A stretch of DNA of 49,016 nucleotides, counting the filler, from Bipalium vagum (Eukaryota): the NCBI GenBank assembly GCA_037834085.1. It is 2 parts of 2 records of this genome, joined end to end, with 100 filler letters (N's around TTAATTAATTAA, not from the genome) between each part and the next. Parts side by side here need not be neighbours in the genome. Positions count along the whole stretch, not along the records: positions 1 to 23,498 come from JBBMKC010208376.1; positions 23,599 to 49,016 come from JBBMKC010194497.1. One strand, given 5' to 3'. This document shows positions 12,400 to 25,047 of the stretch, one piece after another. Position 1 is the stretch's first letter, and each line of letters starts with the position of its first letter. The notes under the pieces were generated by a model. The model was not told the origin of the DNA. It made no database searches and saw nothing but the letters and a program-made list of their open reading frames with translations. A program made the translations under genes and the position numbers.

Positions 12400-13880
12400 A
12401 AGATTATCATGACCAGCTTTTTTTGCAGATAAATATTTTCTCAAAGTTATAAATTGATCAAGTGAATGCTTTGGTTTATAGATTTGAAAACCTTTTCCTT
12501 CAGCTTTTATTTCTTGTAATTAATACATGTTTTCTAATATTCTTAATATATTTTGTTTTATTTCCTTTAAGGTTTATGCTTTTTATTAGTTCATCATATT
12601 TTTATATTTCTTCATTTTTAAAGTCAGGTTTAAAATTTCCTTTTATAATTTTCTAAATTCATTTGTTATTATATATTCCTTTTGTGTATTATTATCTCTT
12701 AGACATTCATCTTTATTTATAATTTTTAACACTTTTTTATTTATTTTAAATTATTTCTTTCAATAATTGGTATTAAACTTGATGACAATTTTTTATCTAC
12801 GTTCAAAGATAATAATGGAAGTTGATCATTTGTAAAGTTTTGTTGAACATTTATTATCTGTTTTATTTTGTTAGTTGAATTTGAATGATAGAACTTGTAT
12901 TCATTTTTCCTAATTTATCTACAAGTTTATGAAATGTATCTAAATCAGTTATTAATCCACTTTCTAATTTCCATTTTAATTAATTGATTAGTTGCAAATT
13001 TATTTTTTGCAGCTATTAATTTTTCTAATTCTTCAAATCTTCTTTTATTAAAATTTAATATTAAAATTCATTTAAAACTATTATTTTTGAGAACTTCGTT
13101 TGTATTTTTTAAAAATAAAAATGTATTATACAACAAATAAAAATGCGATAGAAGATTTTAACACTAAAAGTGTTGTTTCTATTTTTCCCAAGGAAATTCA
13201 TAATTTACAATTCCTAAATAATAATAAATATCTTGAAGAGAATAAATTTCAATATTTTTTAAGATATGAAAAGTTTCTAATAAATATAATATTTTGCTTA
13301 ATTCATAATAGTTACATTCATTATCCAATACACTCATTTTTTTAAAAAAATACGAACGAAGTTCTTAAAATTTATAGTTTTTAAAAATAGTACATATATT
13401 TTTTTCTAGACTTTGTCTTTAAAAGCGATGCTTCGCATTATGTTCTTATATCCTTTTCAAACTCTTGTTTCAACTCTTTTTAAACTTCCTTATTTATATT
13501 TTCAATTATTATTTTATCTTGCTCAATTTTGTCATTAGATAATATTATCTTATAAAGCTCTTAATTGAAATATAAAATATTTATTAATTGATGATTCTAT
13601 TGATTCAGAAATTTATCTATATTTCTTTTTATATGTGATTCGTATACAAATTGTTTCACAAAAAATTTTACAGAACCAAAAATTGATCTTGAAACAGGAA
13701 TATAAATTAATACGGCTATTAATAAAGTAGAAATTTCTGTTAATATTGTACTTCCAATTCCTGTTATTCCTCCTATAAAAATACTTCATAATTTTAAATT
13801 TGAGCCTGTAAAAGTATTTTTAATTTTTTTATAATGTTTTAATAAATCTTTTAATACTTTTTTTTATCGCTTCTTCACCT
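12400..13880 (-). mobile_element. Very AT-rich decayed Polinton-like ORF debris
   Basis: K/N/I-rich broken frames, including a basic-then-hydrophobic small ORF (KHYKKIKNTF..IFIGGITGIGSTIL). Also a GAACTTCGTT inverted repeat. Confidence 0.35.
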
Positions 13881-16800
13881 TAAATAAAAATCTCTTTCTT
13901 GTTATTCGCATTGAGGTTTTCAGTCTTCACTGTATTTAAGGTCTTCGTTTTAGGGTTTCCTGTTTTAGCTTCCTCATGTTGTATCTGACATTGATTACAT
14001 GTATCGCATTTTGGCCTGGACAGCAGATCTGCATTTGTGTGGTCTGTCCCTTTACGGTACTCTAATTGAATATCTAAACTGCTCAAATAATTGATCCACG
14101 TTTGGAACTGGGACGTGATTGACTTCTTTGTGCTTAAAAGTAATAGCTTTTTGGTCTGTTCGCAACAAAAATTTCCTGCCGTACAAAAAATGATTAAAAA
14201 GCTTACAAAAATAGTAAATAGCAAGCAACTCTTTTCTGGTCTCGCAGTAACCCTTTTCGTGGCTATTCAACGTGTGAGATCTACGCTACTATCCGTTCTT
14301 TACCATTATTATCCATCTGCGATAAAATTGCACCAATAGCGTCAAAACTTGCGTCCGTATCAAGAATAGTCTTGTCTTAGATCTGGAAAGCACAGTATTG
14401 GACTTGACATCAGGGCCTTTTTCAAATTCACAAATGCTTCTTCTGCAATTTCATTTCACACAAGCTTTTTATTGACATTTCCACACATGCGTTCCAAAGC
14501 TCTAGCTTTTCTTGCATATTCCTTGATGAATTTCCTATAATAATTGCATATTCCTAGGAAACTTCGTAAACCTTTTTACGCAGTTTGGTTTGTTGAAAGA
14601 TGTAATGGCTTCTATCTTCTGTAGATTCATCTTAATCCCTTTTTGATTTAAAAATTGTCCCAAGAATTTTACTTCTTCTTTTAAAAACTGGCATTTTTCA
14701 GGGTTCACTCGCAATCCAGCTTTTTTTATTTTTTAATACCCTATCCAGCCTTGTGTAATGTTGTTCGATGCTGTCTGAAAATACCAAGATATCATCCAGA
14801 TAAACAATTGTTCCTTTCAAACCACCAACTACTTTATTCATAATCCTTTGAAAAGTCCCTGGAGCAGCTGCTATTTCAAACGGCATGCGATTAAAACAAT
14901 ATTGGCCTGTTTTTGTTGAAAAGGCCGTCTTTTCTTTTGACTCTTCATCCAATTCCACTTGGTAATAGGCGTTTCCTAAATCAATAGAACTGAAATATTT
15001 TGACCCACTTAATTGATCTAGCATTTCATCAAGATTTGGGATTGGAAAAGCCGGTCTCTCTGTTATTGCATTGAGCTGTCTGAAATCCAAGCATAATCTG
15101 ATTTCCTGCTTATCTTTTTTCCACACATATATTAAAGACGTGTTCCACGGTGATTGACATTTCCTAATTATGTCATTCTTATGAAGGTTGTTTATTGTTT
15201 CATTGATCTTGTCTTTTAAATTCATCGGCTGTCTAAATGGTTTAATATTAATAGGATTACTTGTTGTTTCTATGTTATGCCGAGCTAAATGAGTGCATCC
15301 GAAGTCCCATTTATCAGCCATAAAGGCGTCTTCATTTTCTTGAATAATTTTACCTAACTGTGACTTCTGTTCTATTTTCAATGCTGTTAATGTTCGATGT
15401 TGTCGTTCTCCAATGTTTATTTGTCTCCCAAATTTTGCCTCAATATTGCAAATAAATGGTTTTTCTCTGTCTTCTATTTTGTTTATTTGCACTTTCGTAG
15501 TTAAGTTTTCTTGCTTTAATACAAAACCAAACTATCATTGTAATTCTACACATCCTATCGTCAGGAGTAATATTTTTCAGCACAATAAAATTAATTTCTG
15601 CTTGTCTGCCTTCTATTACAACATTTACTGACATTTTCCCATAGTTTCTGATGCGCTGTCACTTGCACATCGTAATCTGTCTTCACATTTTCTTAGTTGA
15701 ATATTACACAATATTTTAGCTATATTACTGCTCATTATATTATTTCTGACCGATGTATCTAATAAACATTCCAACCTCAACTCTTGTATCATTACTGTCA
15801 CACTCGGCCTCCCCTAAATCACATATTATCGCTAACCATATTCACTCATCCAGTATCATATCTATTACTCACCTCACAATTCTCTCTTTTTATAAATCTT
15901 TATATTTTTTCGTTCACCCTGTCATCTTCTCTTCCATCCACGGCCTCCTGGGAATAATCACTGACGATATTTAGTTGATGGCTCCGACTAGCTCCCCGAC
16001 TAGTGGATCCCTGTTGTTTGGGTGTTTCTCATCTTCAGGTATATCACTTCTATAGCATTCATCCTGTTAAAACTTACTCTGTTTCTTGTTGGCATTTCTC
16101 CCTGACTTCTAGATTCGTATCTACGTGAATCGAATTGTGCATAGCATTTTGACATAATGTCCATGTTTTTTGCATCTTAAACAGACAACATTGGGACATG
16201 ATTTTTTATGTCCAGGTTTTCTACACGCGAAAAATTTTCTGTCAGAACATTCTCTACTTAAATGTCGCATTTTGTTGCAAGACCAACAAACAATATCACT
16301 TTGGTCTCTTCACCTGTTAATACTATGGTAGTTACCTGTCATGTGTCTTGATCCTGCAAAATTCTTCGGTACTGTGTGATATTCAGGAATCTTTGTTGTC
16401 TGTACCATCTTCATTTTATTCTGTTTTGTATTCACTGCAGTTTCGGTCAAAATTGATTTTCTCGTTTCCCTTTTGATTAATTACTTCCATTTTTTTCATC
16501 AGAGCTTCAATATCATCCATATTTTTAGTTTCCTCATTTCTACTTCTCGAACCATTTCTTCGTCATTCACGAAGTATAATAACATTCTTGATATTAAATT
16601 TTCTGTGATTTGATACGCCAACGCCTTTTCACTTTCTTCTTTATTATCTTCACGAATGATTGGATATCTTCGTTTCCTCTTCGATATTGTAATAGGTTTT
16701 CCAAATCTGATATCATGTCCACCGGTTCTGCAAAAGCTGGTCGCTATTTAACTTCAAAGCCATCTGCTTTTGAAAATGTTTTTTCATAATCTTCGATGAG

Positions 16801-16968
16801 ATCTTCGTCAATCACGGTATTGATCATCCTTTCTCTGGCCTTTTTTGATTTTTCTACTAAATCAAAATACCTTCGACATTGGCCAATAAATTTTTCGATG
16901 TTGTCGCCTCTTTGCAGAATTTTGGGTAACAGTCTTCCAGCCAATGGATCTACTGGTGTGGTCGCCAT
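13880..16968 (-). mobile_element. Ty3/gypsy LTR retrotransposon internal region (gag-pro-RT-RNaseH), degenerate and truncated before integrase
   Basis: RT motifs RLCLDFRQLN, FSSIDLGNAYYQV, KTAF, FNRMPF and YLDD. RNase H motifs LDTDAS, RKELLAI and LRTDQKA; also NADLLSR. Gag CCHC knuckles at ~16130-16295. PBS-like TGGCGACC at 16967. Confidence 0.95.
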
Positions 16969-17189
16969 GTTAATCTGTTCAGTATTATCAAAAAATCCAA
17001 TCAAAAACAATAATTTCGACCCTGTTCTGATTATTTAAACAATAATCATTAGTAAATTTAATTATTTCCATTACAATGATTATTTTCTAACAAATAAATT
17101 TATTTCTTTTCAGAATTATAATAATATGAATTGAAATGTTAAAGATTGTAAGTCAGTTCCATTATATTTTTGTGTCTTCTGAGATACTA

Positions 17190-18240
17190 CAGTGGTAAAC
17201 ATTCGTTTAGACGCAGTTAAAATAATTCAAATTTCTTTAAGATATAAAGTATATTATAATTAAATTTTAATTCATCGCAAAGATCTTAAATTAAAAGATG
17301 CATATCAAATGTTTTTGTTATAAGTTTCGTAAAATAAAATCGTTATCATTTGATAAAATGAAATTTAGCAACAAAATTGTGAAACATTCGTTTAGACGTA
17401 GTTGTATTAAAACTGTTGCATTAATCAGAATTTATTTCATTTTGTTTAAATAATCATTACAATTTAAATTTTGAACTATGTAAACTTGTATTATTTGAAA
17501 AATAATTAATTTTAATTCAAATCTTTTCAGTATATTATCAATGCCAAAAGGTACTTATCTCAGTTTAGAAGAACAGATAAAAATACAAATTTACAAGAAA
17601 GATAATCTTTCAAATAGGATTATAGCTTCGAAAATTGGTAGATCCGTAAAAGCTTTTGTGATGAAAGGTGATAAATATGGAATAAAAAAACAATAGGAAA
17701 TACAAAGCTGTCGACGCGGAACAAGAATCAATTAAAAACAGAAGCAACCAAAACCATTTGACTAGTAAACAAATTATACGAAAACTAGATCTGCCGGTCA
17801 GTCCACAACATGTCGCTCGTGTGTTTAGGTCTGAACCCAATATTAAATGGAAGACTTAATCCAATCCATATTCAAAAGCGATTACACTTTGCCGAAAATT
17901 ATATGAATTGGAAATCTGTCATCTTTTCGGATGAAAAAGTTCAATCTGGATGGCTAAAAAAGGAAAATCTTTGGGGCATATTAGCTTCCAAAGTTTATGC
18001 TAATGGAAGACAATTTCAAAGTATTTTCCATCTCCAAAGACATATAAAAGAGTGCTGAAACGAAATTGACAATTCAATATTGAAAAATTTAGCTATGTCA
18101 ATGCCAAAAAGAAATTTTAATTTGATTAAAGCACAAAGAAAAAATATCCCTAATTAAACAGGCTTTAATTGTATTTTATTAATAAAACATCATTGCGTCT
18201 AAACTAATGTTTCGACTTTTCTGTGAATTTTTTACATTTT
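17190..18240 (+). mobile_element. Tc1/mariner (Tc3-like) DNA transposon, internally deleted; transposase pseudogene at 17541-18156
   Basis: TA|CAGTGG terminus. AAACATTCGTTTAGACG occurs at ~17197 and ~17382 and inverted at ~18196-18212. Translates MPKGTYLSLEEQIKI..LSNRIIASKIGRS, WKSVIFSDEK and SMPKR. Confidence 0.9.
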
Positions 18241-19061
18241 TAAATCTATATAAACCATATTGAGTAATTTATTACAACAGTTTTCTGGGTTAATTTATTA
18301 ATGGTAAATTAATATTTATTAATTACATAGGACATTTTGAAATACATTCTTTACAGGTAGCTCTATCTTAATATTAATGACAGTACATGAATACAGATCA
18401 CAGAAATATTGGTTTGACTCACGTGTACTTGTAGCTCACCTTTATGTTAAAATGGAATATTTATAAATAAATTGGTCTCCACGTTTTCCTTTAAGTTTAT
18501 AACATCAAACATACAAAAAACCAGTTACTATCATAGTCCGCTGGCTATCTAGTAATCTTTGGGATACCATATTTTGTTTTGATCGTGGAGTCTTTCTAAC
18601 AACCTATTCATCATAAAAACTCAGAAATTACTCCTAATATTTAAACTGATTAATTTTATATTTTAGGAATTTTCTTCAACGAATTTAAATCCTTTCGTAG
18701 AAAAAAATTGATACAATGATACACCAACATATACCTAATAAAGAATCTTTCTATATTCGGTCGAAATATTAAATTCTGATTAATTATTAAATTGACTAGA
18801 ACATTTAATGATTAATAAATAGGACTGAGAGAAGAATACCATATTAACTGACTATCTAATCTTTCACATTACCAAATAAAATGTGCTAAAATAAGTACAC
18901 TACTTTAAAAAAATAATTAGATAAATTTCATGAATATCGACCATGTTCTATTTTAATTTTGTTTACCTTAAAAATCAAGAAAATAAAAGAGTAATATAAC
19001 ATAATACTATAGTATAAATTTTAAAAATTTATTGACAAAATTACGAAAGCCAGAATGACAC

Positions 19062-19626
19062 TTAATTTGAGAACTTAATTAATTCCTTCGGAGGAGGCTT
19101 TATAGGAATCCTAGTTTGCTCAAAATCCAATGCATTAAACGCTTCAATTTCTGATTCTGATAGGTCATCTAAGTGTGAAAATATTTCATCATCGCCATAA
19201 AAAGCACTCAAGGTATTCTGAAAAATACTCGGGCCGTCTGTAATATCAATATTTTAATTATTTATAGATAGTTTCTTCTATTTCAGTATTCTTTGTGAAA
19301 AAATCCTGCAAATTAACCTAAGATTATCATAAAGTTAAGAATTAATAAAAAATAGTAATTAAAATTTTGAATTTAAAACAAGTCTTATTTTAGATATCAC
19401 TGGAGCTACTTGAATTTTAATGACTATCAAAATATGCATAAATAAAAAATACTGTTATACGACGGACCACAAGCAGAAGTTGGCATACGATTGTCTAATT
19501 CAAAATATTTTTGCTAATTATATAAAACTAAAAACCTAATTTTAAAGCAGGATTAAAATGTTTGTATCTGCAATTGGGACTTTTGCAACATCCAGCCAGA
19601 TAATATTTGCATAATTGAACAGACAT
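19062..19626 (-). CDS. NUP42: NUP42/NUPL2 (hCG1)-like nucleoporin, minimal form. Simplest model: exons 19626-19536, 19494-19453, 19237-19062 (102 aa)
   Basis: N-terminal CCCH finger MSVQLCKYYLAGCCKSPNCRYKH. The C-terminus LSESEIEAFNALDFEQTRIPIKPPPKELI resembles the Gle1-binding tail of Nup42. GT-AG junctions are in frame. Confidence 0.75.
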
Positions 19627-20419
19627 TAATTACACAAATAATTTTTATTTAATAATTATCAATAAATATTAAAACAACTTCAGTTTCTCATTTTATTTTA
19701 ATTTTTAAATTAATTTAAAGATTTAAATTATTATTTGAATTATTCATTTTGTTAATTTTAAAATGTTAAAGAAAATATGGTTTTATTAAAAAGTTTCAGA
19801 TTAAAAGAAATTAAGTTAATTTTATCAAACTGATATAATATTCTATATGAAGAATTTTAATCTGGATTTATCAACATTAAGATTAAAACTATTCTGATGA
19901 TTCACCAATGGACAGAATAGAGTCAATGTCCTAAAGTTGTTATCGGGATTGTGAAACTCATTTTAGAAGATTTAGAAGATTGGATACGTGTAATGGAATT
20001 TTGAAAACTCTTTTTAATATACATTTTATTTACAAAGTCAACCATCAGTGATATGTACTTTTTGAGACATTTTGGTAAGAAGGATGAACAATTTCAAAAA
20101 AACTTCTCAAACAACTTTTCAAAAATTAAATATTATGAAGTACTTTTTCGTGTAAAAATAATATTTTTAAACTTAGAAGACAAAAAATGTTTATTTTTAT
20201 CTTATGATTTTGAGTAGGCTTGTCTCACAAAACCCATTACTATTATAAAGTGTGATCAATGTAATAAATTCAAATGACATTCTACATCAAATCGACGATT
20301 TCTATTTTTTATTGTCTACGTTAGTAGTGAAGAAATGGCTGCGACCAACACCCAAACCCCAAAAATTTAGTTTTCATTTTTTCAATCTCCTTTCAAACTT
20401 TTAAACCGATTTTTTCTCA

Positions 20420-20539
20420 ATGTGGAATATCGAATAAACTTAATCTGGTTTTCATTATTATATAATTTTATGAATATTGAGTTTGTAATAAACCCAATTT
20501 AGTTTTAAGTTTTTCAATGTCGAATATCGAATAGACCCT
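20420..20539 (-). mobile_element. Possible hAT/MITE terminus
   Basis: The reverse strand starts TAGGGTCTATTCGATATTCG, with repeated subterminal GAATATCGAATA motifs. Confidence 0.3.
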
Positions 20540-20748
20540 ATTTGATTTTGATTATTTTTCAAAATTATTTTTTTATTATTGAAAACCAAATGTTGAATAC
20601 CAAATACTGCAATAACACAATATCGAATATGAATATTAAATGTATGTGTTGGTCGCAATAAATCATTTCCCCACGACTTGTACTAATTTTTAAATTTTTA
20701 TTGTTTTCATTGATTTTGCAATATGTCGAATTTTTCATTTTTTTCAAT

Positions 20749-21650
20749 TTATTGGGTTTACCAAAACACTCATCCGTCCCAAATGAAAATTGTAAAAGGA
20801 TGTTTAAAATAATAAGAATAATAATTAAATAACAATTTTTGCTAATTAAAAAGTACAAAGTTAATTAAAAAGGGAAAAAAGGCAATAATTTATTTTTTGT
20901 TGGGATCTAATCTTGACAATGGCGAACCTAAATTGCCAAGATTAGATCAGGGTCTGCAAGGAGGGACCGATTTAGGATTAATGATCCTAAAAGGAAATAT
21001 TGACATTTCCCATTAATAAAATTAGTCGTCGACAAAAATACTGTATAAGAAGAAGGATTCTACCATAAATTAGCCCACAATCACGAGATCAACATTTTGA
21101 AGAAACTTTTTAGAAGACGACAATTTCAAGATGTTCGTTGAGATTCAAGCCAGACGACAGATTCAAGATATTCGGAAGACTATAATTCTGAAGTATTTTT
21201 AATGCATTTGGTCTTGGGATTGGGTTTGAGTTCCCCACCAGAGGGCTATTTCTGAGCAACTGTAAAGGCTCAGCTAATAGTCCGGGAAACCTAAACGAAG
21301 ATAATTCGTATGCTTATTTCATTTTTTTATTTTCACCTTAATATTATTTTTGGTTAAAACTAAGTAATTTGATTATATTATTTCATATTAACTATTGATT
21401 AACTTTAAGTATTTATTTGTGTTCTTAACTCGAATTTGGTTAACTATTTTGTTTTGATTGATTATTAAAGATAATTGCAGATGTGTCAGATCTTATTGTG
21501 ATTCATTTTCTCTTAAGTTTGACGATTTTAGTGTAATTGTTATCATTGTATGTGTTTTAAGGTGTAAATACAAATTATTGCTTTAATGATTGTTGTTATT
21601 TTGCACCATCTTAGAGTAGGAATCAGGTTTAAAGTTTGAATTAGTGAACA
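20749..21650 (+). mobile_element. 5' LTR of a gypsy element (structured-LTR family)
   Basis: The 5' half matches the 3685 and 40971 copies; the 3' half matches 440-885. Ends TAGTGAACA, 7 nt before a PBS. Confidence 0.8.
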
Positions 21651-21657
21651 TATTTAT

Positions 21658-21682
21658 TGGTGAGCGGCCGACGTGATTCGAA
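21658..21682 (+). promoter_or_regulatory. Primer-binding site complementary to the tRNA-Trp 3' end
   Basis: TGGTGAGCGGCCGACGTGATTCGAA versus the reverse complement of the eukaryotic tRNA-Trp 3' end, TGGTGACCCCGACGTGATTCGAA. Confidence 0.75.
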
Positions 21683-23340
21683 AATCGGTTGGTAATTGTG
21701 AAACTGTGTGGGTGATTGTGTGTTATTGGTCTTTGTCTAGTTTGCGTGACTTGTTTTGAATTTGTAAGCCCTGAATACCGTTTTGATAAATTTTTGGAAC
21801 TTTTAGTAATGGCCGCCGAGGCATAGAAGTTGTTTATAGTGTTTCAGGAAGAAATCAGTAAGCGTCCAGAAAACTAATCTGGCTAGTGGAAAGAAATCAG
21901 TTACAGATATTCGAGGAGTTATAACCAGAAGTTTGACAAAGATAATTAAAGAGAAAGGTGTAGAAGAAAATCATTTAGAAATCTAGGAGAATAACCGAGA
22001 AGGAACATTAGAAGACATTAATACAGGTGTTAAAGAGATAAATATAATGGATTAAGAATTCGTAAAATTACCGGTAGGATATTTAATGGGGAACCAACAG
22101 AATTCGCAGATTTTATGGCTGAGTATTGGCAAGTGACAGAAGCGTTAGGATATGATGAGGCACGGATGGTAAGAAGATTACCGAATCATTTGAGTGGAAT
22201 GGCACAGAGTGCAAATTATGACAAACGTAGCAAACAAAAGTTGGGTCGAAGTGGTTAAGGAATTAACGAAGAAGCTAATTTCGGGAGATATAGGTAGAGT
22301 AAATAGGAAGCAAGGAGCAGAAGAGTCAGTAGGCAAATATGCGTATCAAGTAGAATTATTAGCACAGAGAGCATTCGGATCCAAGAAACAGTGGACACAA
22401 ACAATTAAAAAGATAGTGGAAGATCAGTTTTTCATTGGAATGTTAAAATCATTAAGAACAGCGTTAGGATTGGCAGATTATAAAATTTTCGAAGAGTTAC
22501 TGCAGAAAGCACGAAAAACAAAAATGAATATTAAAGGAAACCCAACGATGATTTGTGAAATAGGAGCAGTTAGAAGAGACAGCAATAGACTAGAAACATG
22601 GAAATAAAGCGAAATGAGACCAATGAGCAAATAGTAAAGAATATTATATTGTCAGAAGCCAGGGAATTTAACGAAGCAATGTGGATCTAGAAAATCAGAA
22701 TTTTGTCCAGGTCCAGCTAGAAATCAGAGGACAAATACAGATATTGTTTGTAGAAACTGTAATGAAACAGGTCATTTGGCAGAAAAGTGTAAAATAAAAA
22801 TTTTTAGGTATTGCAAGAAAAGAGAACATTTGGAAGAGACGTGTTGGGCAAAGAATTCACCTCAAAGAGATAATGTAAACATCGATGAGAAAGTACAATG
22901 CTTTTAATGTAAGGCGTATGAACACATGGTGAAATCTTGTCTTAGTGAAAAGAGATCACAAAAAGTGATTAAAAGGTTGGCATTGGGTAATGAAAAAATA
23001 ATCATGGTAAGAGATATGGAAGACAATAACGAAACCGAAAAATTGAGGGCAGAAAACGGAGATCCAGAGTAATTGGACACGAAATGGTATCAATGATCCA
23101 AATACAGGAAAATGAAATTAAGATATTAACTAGAAACGATTCACTGAAAGAAAAAGTAGATGTTAACGGGAACGTAATAATGGCATTAGTGGATTTGGAT
23201 GAAGAAGAATGTAATACACTTCCTGGGGTACTAGAACGGGAATTCGCAAGGACCTCTAGAAACAAAAACAGAATTATGGATTTGTTAAGTCAGGTAACGG
23301 AACAGGCGGTCACTGCAATGATGCCTGGGAGAAGTCAAAG
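21683..23340 (+). mobile_element. Decayed gypsy Gag region with about four zinc knuckles, truncated
   Basis: Retrotransposon gag motif QGAEESVGKYAYQVELLAQRAF..EDQFFIG. Knuckles YCQKPGNLTKQC, CRNCNETGHLAEKC, YCKKREHLEETC and CF*CKAYEHMVKSC. Confidence 0.85.
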
Positions 23341-23362
23341 TAATAAATATAAATAATAAATA

Positions 23363-23498
23363 CACTACCGCTCAGAAGTATTAGGCAAGTACTTGAATTT
23401 TTAAATATAATATAAGTAGAACACTTTTTTTCATGACAAATTTTTCGAAATAAATTTATTTATAAAATTTAATAATCCTTTTCATATATAATCGATCT
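23363..23498 (+). mobile_element. Tc1-like terminal inverted repeat running into the gap
   Basis: TA|CACTACCGCTCAGAAGT, a Tc1-type terminus with a TA target site. Confidence 0.5.
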
Positions 23499-23598
23499 NN
23501 NNNNNNNNNNNNNNNNNNNNNNNNNNNNNNNNNNNNNNNNNNTTAATTAATTAANNNNNNNNNNNNNNNNNNNNNNNNNNNNNNNNNNNNNNNNNNNN
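23499..23598. other. Artificial assembly spacer
   Basis: 44 N + TTAATTAATTAA (stops in all six frames) + 44 N. Confidence 0.97.
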
Positions 23599-24250
23599 AA
23601 AGCTATAATTCGATTACGAATTATAAGTTATTAATTAAATTAAATAAATACTAAGGATTGGACAGCTACTCCAATGCCTTAGGATCAAGTAATTGTTCTC
23701 TTTTTTCTTACTTCCCAGTATTTTCTTTTTTTGTGTTCTTCACGTCTAGTAGGATGGAGAACCGAATTTTTATCTGAGGGACCTTGAGAGTAAGATACCG
23801 AAGGGTGACCTGACTTTTCTATTAACTCTTTATCTCGGGTTTTAACTCCAAAGTAAAATTGTATTAAAAAATAAAGTTGTCAGATTTATATCAAATATAT
23901 TTAATAAAACAACGTGTTAGCTCAGTTGATCGATTAAAACTTTATCGTTTAAAATGTGTAAAAGTTTATCATTTTAAAAGTTAAATAGTTTTGCAATCAG
24001 TATTTGTTAAAATGTTAAAAAGCTTCAAATTTAGTAATCAACATTTTTATTGTCACTCAAATTTTAACTTCGAATGTACGCGCACTAAATCCTTCTGAAT
24101 TTGCATTTATTTAATGTTAAGTTCCTAAAAAATCCACTATGGATATTCTTAACCTAACCAACGTAAAAAGTCCACTATCGATCTTCTTAACCCGATTAAA
24201 TATTAATAATCATTTTCATATTATATGATCTTTTTAGTTGAAACTTAACA
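23599..24250. repeat. Dispersed ~600 bp repeat, copy 2
   Basis: Matches 11461-12050 and begins at the contig edge. Confidence 0.85.
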
Positions 24251-25047
24251 TTTAATTATAATGGCTCTCTATATACAATAAGGAATTGAAAATTGTCAAG
24301 TAGTATTATTTTGAAAGGGCATTCAAAAATATTTTTTAAAACGATGACTGAATTGTTAATATTACATCTAGCAATAATATTTGAAGTATTTCTGATTACA
24401 ACTACGGTCGACTCATTAATTGTTTTTACTGATCACTCGTATACGAGTTCAATCCGTTATCTGATAGTTATTTTGTGTTCGATTGACCTTTTTTGTGAAC
24501 ATTTGATCGCATTGATTCTTTACCCTTGTGAAGATTAAACAAAGTTTGATTCTGTGGTTATTTTCATTCAATCACATTCGAACACGATATTAACTTAAGT
24601 GAAACAGTCAGTAACATCCCAAGCTAAGCGCTAAAAGCTTTCATAGTAATGAAAACGTGACGCATCATTATATATATTTTAAAGAAAAATTTATATTGGA
24701 TGGTGATGAAAAATTTATTGCAGCGATCTTCACTCAAACTTCTTTCGTCTGAATCTCTGCGACATAATAAAGATATCAGAGTGATATTTTGAATAGGTCC
24801 CTTAGGTGGCAGTCACTAACCTACATTACCCAGCATGTTTAACTATTTTTCAGTCTCGTTAAATTTCTTTTCTTTTAAAAAGAAATAATATATTTTAGGA
24901 ATGTAATGTTGATTAATATATCGATGGTGTATAGAACCCTCTCTTAACCGGAGCCTCTGATTTACCATAATAAAATGAATCAATATTATAAAAGCACTCA
25001 TAAGAGCAGTTAAAGTCTTTATTCGCATAAAAGGCTCCTACAATGGC

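Noticed and set aside
23543-23554. TTAATTAATTAA palindrome within Ns
   Set aside because: Artificial contig linker; adjacency across it is not guaranteed.
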